Below the pieces are notes generated by a model, which ran no database searches, had not been told where the DNA came from, and was given only the letters and a program-made list of their open reading frames with translations. Source: a virus. Taken from it: a stretch of 64,000 bases of DNA. The stretch is taken from positions 21,495 through 85,494 of the IMG/VR virus record IMGVR_UViG_3300020215_000050, one strand, 5' to 3'. Positions 59,127 to 64,000 of this stretch are shown in pieces; position 1 is the first letter of the stretch, and each line of letters opens with the position of its first letter. Position numbers and translations under genes: made by a program.

Positions 59127-60578
59127 TTACTGGTAGGCAACCGCGGTGGCCGCGACGTCGGCGGTCGTGCCCGAGTAGTCGCACGAGATGGACCGGGGGG
59201 TCTCCGTCGTGGCGAGGGGTCGCTGCAGGCCCGCGCTGTACATGGCGCCGCCGTTTGAGAAGGTGCCCCAGGCCACCACGCCCGACCAGGTGTTCGTGAG
59301 GCCCGTCTCGTGCGCGAAGCAGGACGCGAGGGCCACGCCGCCCGCGGTGGTATTGATGTTGACGGCCTGAGAGGCGGCCGTGGTGTTGGCGCCCGTCGTC
59401 TGGCCCGTGGCGGTGGTCGAGTTCAGGTTGTAGACGGCGAAGACGCAGGCGGACGCGTTGGTCACGGCCTCCGACATGGTCACTGCCACGTCTTCGATGT
59501 GGCCGGCCGTGTTCACCACCTGGTAGGTGGCGGCCTCCTCGAGGCCGACCGTCGCGGTCTCGTTGACCTCGGTCATGCTCGTGCCGCCGATGGTGGCCGA
59601 GCTGAAGTTGAAGTTCGTGGCGCCGTCCTCGACGCCGAACTGAACGACGGAGAGTCGATTGGCGTCGGGCATGCCCACGCCGGCGTTGGCCAGGGTGTAG
59701 GTGGTCAGGGCGGTGTTGCTGACCACGCAGGAGGTCAGGTAGGCGCGGACCTCGGTGCCGTTACCGAAGGTCACCGCGACGCCGGCCGAGTTCACGGCGT
59801 CGGAGACCGTGTCGCAGGTGACGGACTTGGGTTCCTCGCCCGTGTCCTCGGTGAAGGTCGCGGCCGACCACTGAAACTCGCCGTTGGCGTCCGCACTCTC
59901 GGTGAAACCCGTCCAGTTGAAGCCGGCGGTGCCGCTGTCGGCCACGCACATCCCGGCGCTTACGGAGAAGTCCGCCGTCTTGGGGGCCATGGATATGGAG
60001 GCCCCGCTCTGGCCGAGGGTGAACGTGTGCTCGATCGGGATGATTGAGGTCAGGTCGGTGATCGACCAGACGCAGACGGTCATCGCGGTCGCGGCCTCGG
60101 AGGCGGTCACGACGATGTCTTCCGACGTGCCCGCGGGGTTGTCCAGGATCCAGGCGTCGACCGTGGTGAGGGCCGCGGTGGTGCGGTTCCCGTTCAGCGG
60201 CGACGCCGCGTCGCCCCCGACGGTCAGGGCCGTGGTCCAGACCTCGGTCGCGGAGTCCTCGACGCCCACCATGACGAGGGTCTTCCTGTCCGTCCCCGTC
60301 GCGCCCACGGAGTGGCCCGAGAAGGTGTAGGTGGTGAGGTCGGACGCGCTGTTGGTGCAGCCGATGAAGGCTATCGTCGGGTTGGCAGCGGGAGCGGAGT
60401 CCACCTTCTTGGCCCAGAAGCCCGTCAGGTGGGAGCCCGCCCCGTAGCCGAAGGCGAGGTCCCCGTGGGTCTCCGTCGCCGGGCTGCTGACCTGCCTTTC
60501 GAGCTCGTCGATGGAGCCCGCCGGTACGGGCAGGGAGAGCAGGCAGACGGCGATGAGGCCGAGGAGGAACTTCTTCAT
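59127..60578 (-). CDS. Thr/Ser/Ala-rich beta protein with signal peptide, three internal modules
   Basis: MKKFLLGLIAVCLLSLPVPA; repeated LT.YT....G...R..V..GVED modules. Confidence 0.65.
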   Translation of the reverse strand: MKKFLLGLIAVCLLSLPVPAGSIDELERQVSSPATETHGDLAFGYGAGSHLTGFWAKKVDSAPAANPTIAFIGCTNSASDLTTYTFSGHSVGATGTDRKTLVMVGVEDSATEVWTTALTVGGDAASPLNGNRTTAALTTVDAWILDNPAGTSEDIVVTASEAATAMTVCVWSITDLTSIIPIEHTFTLGQSGASISMAPKTADFSVSAGMCVADSGTAGFNWTGFTESADANGEFQWSAATFTEDTGEEPKSVTCDTVSDAVNSAGVAVTFGNGTEVRAYLTSCVVSNTALTTYTLANAGVGMPDANRLSVVQFGVEDGATNFNFSSATIGGTSMTEVNETATVGLEEAATYQVVNTAGHIEDVAVTMSEAVTNASACVFAVYNLNSTTATGQTTGANTTAASQAVNINTTAGGVALASCFAHETGLTNTWSGVVAWGTFSNGGAMYSAGLQRPLATTETPRSISCDYSGTTADVAATAVAYQ

Positions 60579-60579
60579 G

Positions 60580-63423
60580 TTACGGCTCCACGAAGCTGGA
60601 CTGCGTCCAGTAGAGGGTGTAGCCGAGCAGGTAGGCGTCGACGGCCATGTTGTCGGAGGCGTTGCCGACGACCCTCTCGGCCTCGACGTAGATGGTGTCG
60701 CCGGCCTGCGGCGTGCCCGCGCAGGTCATCGCCGCCGTCTCGGGGCCGGTGTACTGGTCCGAGGTGGTGCCGCCGGTGTCCGTCGAGGTCACCTGCGTGC
60801 CGAGGGCGGCGTCCATGGCGTCGTCGTTGCTCGTCGCCAGGCAGCTGAAGCCCCACACCACGCCGAAGTTGGTGGCCGTGGCAGGGTGCGTCCAGACCGG
60901 GACGACCGTCAGGGTGCCCTCGTTCCACGTGTCGGGCATGCGGATCGTGAAGCCCGCGCCCTCCTCCGTGGCCGTGTCGTAGTTGCACGTCCGGATCATG
61001 ATGTCGTTGGTGCCGAGCTCGAGGTCGGCGACCTCGCAGCCGTTGGTCGTCCGCGGGATCAGCGAGCCGGCCGGGATCCAGATGGCGTTCTTGCCGATGA
61101 TCGAGGTCCACGCCGGCGTCGTCGAGGAGCCGCCGGACAGGAGGGCCTGGTTCGTCGTGCCGTAGTTGGCGCCGGCGATGCCGAACGCGCCCGAGGCGGC
61201 GATGCGGAGCCTCTCCACCACGCCGCCCGAGCCTCCCGCGCCGTCGGGGGTGGTGGAGAAGACGATGCGTCCCGGGCTGTCCGACGAGTCGGAGGCGGTG
61301 AACCACTCGCCGTCGACCTCGAACAGGATCTGGGCCGCCCGGTTGTTTGAGTCCGACCCGTCGGAGCCGTCGGCCGAGATGAGGCCGATGTCGTCGCCGT
61401 CGTCGATCAGGGTCTCCGAGCCCGGCGTGGCGTTGTCGGACTTGTAGAAGCTCAGGCTCGCGCCGTTGGTGTCGTCCGCGTGGGCCGAGAGCACCATGTT
61501 CCACAGGTTGGCCGGGTTGGTGTTCGTGATGCCGAGCTTGGCGTCGACGCCCTCGGAGATGGTCTGGTCCATCGTGCCGGTGGAGTCGAACATCGCGTGG
61601 CCGAGGCTGTCGATCATGAGCCGCGACGTGGGCGACGACGAGCCGTCGGAGGAGGTCATGAGCTCGATGCGCCCGGGCATGTCGGTGGTGTCGCCGGCAG
61701 TGGTCGGCTCGGCGTCGACGAAGCCGCGGATCAGGGCCGCCGTGTCGAAGTTGGTGCCGTTCGATCCCTCGAAGGAGATGGTGCCGAGCCGCTCGCCGCT
61801 GGCGACGTTGGCGTGGGTGCCCGCCGTTGCGTCGGCCGACTTGGCGAGGATGATGTAGGCTGCGTCCGCGTCGTCGATGTCGTGGCGGGCGACGCCGACG
61901 CTGGAGCCGGAGAGGGTGCTGCTGCCGACGACCTGGATGCGTGGCCTGACGTTGACGTTCCAAAGGGCCGACGTCGAGGTCACCCCGAACGCAAGCACGT
62001 CGTTGTCGTCGACGATGACGGCCGTGTCCTGGAGGGTCGTGCCCCCCGTTCCGTCGTAGGTGGCGATGCCGTTGTCCGTCGAGGTGCCCGGGCCGGTGAC
62101 GCCGGAGCCGCCCGCGTCCGTGCCGTCGCCGACGCAGCTGTCGGGGATGGGGGTAGAGTCGTTCTCGAGGGTGCAGGTGAAGTCTGACGTGATCGCCGAG
62201 GGGGCGATGAAGCCGATGTAGTTGCTGCCGTTCCCCTCGTCCTCGCGCAGCCGGAGCTCCGTCTGGTCGTGCAGGTTGACCGAGACGACGTCGAACGTCG
62301 CGTCGGTGGAGTTGATGGTCAAGCGGTTCGTGACGGTGCCCGCGCCGTCGGTGCGGATGCGCAGCGTGGCGTCCTCGGAGGTGGCCGTCGCGTCGTCGAT
62401 GATGACGTCGATGTTGGCGTAGACCTCGTAGCCGCCGCCGGCGTCCCGGCCCGTCCAGGTGAGGTTGCCGATCTCGTCGCTCGCGGCGGCGGAGCCGCTG
62501 TCCCGGTACAGCTCGTAGATGGGTCCGCCCGACGCGCCGGCGTCGGTGCTGTAGCCGATGACCCGCCCGAGCGGGTCGCTCAGGATGTACATCTTGTCGC
62601 CGGGCGTGGTCGAACCGTCGGGCGTCGTGGCGAAGATCAGCATGCCCGGCATGTCGTCGGCGCCGACGTCATTTGAGCCGGACCAGTTGTCGGTCGACGC
62701 CTCGATGGTCGCGCCGACCTCGAAGTCCGTGCCGTCGGAGCCGAGGAAGACGATGTGGCCCAGGTCGTCGCCGTCGGTGATGAGGTCGTAGGCGCCGATC
62801 GTCGCCCCCTCGGACTTGGCGATGAAGAGGCGGGCCGGGCTGCCGGCGGAGGTGTTCCACCTCGACAGGCCGAGCGAGGCGTCGCTGCCCGTGCTGTGGG
62901 CCTGGAGGTCCGGCGTCAGGTCGGTGCCGTCGGGGCTCTCGAAGGTAGCGATGGCCGCCGTGTGTCCGGACACCAGGACGTTGTTGTCGTCGATGAGGAT
63001 GGTCGTGTCCTGGATCGCCGCGCCGCCGGTGCCGTCCCAGGTAGCGATGCCGTTGTCGGTCGAGCTTCCCGGCCCGGTGACCCCGGAGAGGGTGGCGCAC
63101 TCGAAGGCGGTGTCGCCGGAGTTCCTCCTGACCACCTGGCTGCCCGAGCAGGTAAGGTTGTCGGTCATGTCCGTGGACAGGCCGAACATCAGGAAGCCCG
63201 AGCCCGTCTCGTCGCCCAGGATCGTCCTCAGCTCCGCCGACGTGTCGATGTCGACGAAGTCCGTCTTGTCGGTGTTGATGCCGTCGAGCTCGAGGTTGAG
63301 GTCGTTGAACTCCTCGACGTCCGAGGAGCCGACGGGCGGCGGGTCGTAGTCGAAGGCGGCCGCCTGGGCCCCTACGGTCAGTCCAAAGAGGACGAGGAGG
63401 GTCGCGAGGAATCTAGTGGTCAT
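60580..63423 (-). CDS. Large fibre-like protein with signal peptide and repeated modules
   Basis: MTTRFLATLLVLFGLTVGAQA; two VTGPG.STDNGIAT.DGTGG repeats; three G.I.F.GS.G...PG....T..DG modules. Confidence 0.7.
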   Translation of the reverse strand: MTTRFLATLLVLFGLTVGAQAAAFDYDPPPVGSSDVEEFNDLNLELDGINTDKTDFVDIDTSAELRTILGDETGSGFLMFGLSTDMTDNLTCSGSQVVRRNSGDTAFECATLSGVTGPGSSTDNGIATWDGTGGAAIQDTTILIDDNNVLVSGHTAAIATFESPDGTDLTPDLQAHSTGSDASLGLSRWNTSAGSPARLFIAKSEGATIGAYDLITDGDDLGHIVFLGSDGTDFEVGATIEASTDNWSGSNDVGADDMPGMLIFATTPDGSTTPGDKMYILSDPLGRVIGYSTDAGASGGPIYELYRDSGSAAASDEIGNLTWTGRDAGGGYEVYANIDVIIDDATATSEDATLRIRTDGAGTVTNRLTINSTDATFDVVSVNLHDQTELRLREDEGNGSNYIGFIAPSAITSDFTCTLENDSTPIPDSCVGDGTDAGGSGVTGPGTSTDNGIATYDGTGGTTLQDTAVIVDDNDVLAFGVTSTSALWNVNVRPRIQVVGSSTLSGSSVGVARHDIDDADAAYIILAKSADATAGTHANVASGERLGTISFEGSNGTNFDTAALIRGFVDAEPTTAGDTTDMPGRIELMTSSDGSSSPTSRLMIDSLGHAMFDSTGTMDQTISEGVDAKLGITNTNPANLWNMVLSAHADDTNGASLSFYKSDNATPGSETLIDDGDDIGLISADGSDGSDSNNRAAQILFEVDGEWFTASDSSDSPGRIVFSTTPDGAGGSGGVVERLRIAASGAFGIAGANYGTTNQALLSGGSSTTPAWTSIIGKNAIWIPAGSLIPRTTNGCEVADLELGTNDIMIRTCNYDTATEEGAGFTIRMPDTWNEGTLTVVPVWTHPATATNFGVVWGFSCLATSNDDAMDAALGTQVTSTDTGGTTSDQYTGPETAAMTCAGTPQAGDTIYVEAERVVGNASDNMAVDAYLLGYTLYWTQSSFVEP

Positions 63424-63424
63424 C

Positions 63425-64000
63425 TTACCATCCGAACATGATGATCAAATCGGTGCCGTCGAACAGGAGCTCGTACCACTTCGTCAGGTTGAGCTCGTTG
63501 GCCGCCAGGGCCTGCCCCACCGGCCCCTTGATCGTCAGGGCCGAGACCGAGTCGATCGCGAGGGTGGGGGCCGTCGCCGTGTTGTTGGCCGTCGGCTTAT
63601 ATAGGAACGTGTCGTTGGTCTGGAGGGCGGAGAGGGACTTTCCCGTCGTCGCCGTGGCCGCCTGGGCGGTGCCCCCGGAGTTCGTCAGACGGTAGCGTTT
63701 GGTGCCGAGGGGGGCGTGGACGACCCCGTTGATGCTCAGGGAGCTCGAGTTCACGACCGCGTTGACCGTGGAGTTGCCCAGAGCGACCGACGCCAGCCCC
63801 ACCGTGGTGGACACGAGGGAGTTCTGGCTCAGGAACTGGTTGATCGTGATGGTCGTGTTGACCGTCGAGTTTCCGACGAAGAAGCCCGTGGGGAGCACGT
63901 CGACGTTGGCGCCGACCGATAGGTCCGCCGGCCCGACGACGATCGACAGGGTTGAGTTGGCGACGGTAATGTTCGTCTGGTTGTGGACGGCGTTGACGGT
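63425..64000 (-). CDS. Fibre/structural protein with GNSTVN repeats (5' end outside the window)
   Basis: Frame open to the window edge; two GNSTVN copies. Confidence 0.7.
   Translation of the reverse strand, partial: TVNAVHNQTNITVANSTLSIVVGPADLSVGANVDVLPTGFFVGNSTVNTTITINQFLSQNSLVSTTVGLASVALGNSTVNAVVNSSSLSINGVVHAPLGTKRYRLTNSGGTAQAATATTGKSLSALQTNDTFLYKPTANNTATAPTLAIDSVSALTIKGPVGQALAANELNLTKWYELLFDGTDLIIMFGW

Noticed and set aside
2-64000. Many long plus-strand ORFs (e.g. 40571..42940, 44188..46233, 46554..48278, 54772..57120, most of 50702..53764)
   Set aside because: They are antisense shadows of real minus-strand genes. High GC3 leaves the opposite frame stop-poor, and the translations are V/L/R/G-rich with no motifs.
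1-64000. CRISPR array or repeat-spacer structure
   Set aside because: No regularly spaced direct repeats found. The three 26-mers are kilobases apart and are promoter leaders; other repeats are coding modules.
1-64000. Stop-codon reassignment
   Set aside because: Core genes are full length under code 11 and end in TAG, TGA or TAA; no suppressor tRNA seen.

Overview
This window is a 64-kb piece of a high-GC T4-like (Tevenvirinae-type) myovirus genome, coded almost entirely on the minus strand. Reading in the coding direction (right to left), it holds: (1) fibre- and propeller-like structural genes and a tandem 2OG-Fe(II) oxygenase; (2) the T4 core morphogenesis block (gp13, 14, 15, 16, 17, 18, 19, 20, 67, 21, 22, 23, 3), interleaved with basic multi-module internal-head-like proteins; (3) uvsY, uvsW, gp55, gp47 and gp46; (4) an accessory island of about 25 kb; and (5) gp45. 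The island carries an amino-methyltransferase, a cytidylyltransferase, two lysins, peptide deformylase, a MazG-like enzyme, a plus-strand tRNA region, about 35 small early ORFs behind three near-identical promoter/leader cassettes, and a DNA-hypermodification cluster (gp42 dCMP hydroxymethylase, dCMP deaminase, UDG-like protein, GT-B, UDP-galactopyranose mutase, ART-like protein, C5-MTase-like protein, GT-A). The most striking signal is three tRNA-Arg-like genes (UCU, UCG, GCG). They have perfect acceptor and T arms but no D-arm, and a D-loop-like GTA(A/G)C(C/T)GGAG motif containing the GGA Arg identity triplet sits 3' of the anticodon arm instead. They lie beside five overlapping basic ORFs that share a KGxVxx(R/W)V motif, in a genome whose capsid gene uses AGG for 13 of its 20 Arg codons. 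All family assignments come from motif recognition by eye. No database searches were run, so novelty is unconfirmed. The host is not determinable here (an alphaproteobacterium is a weak guess).
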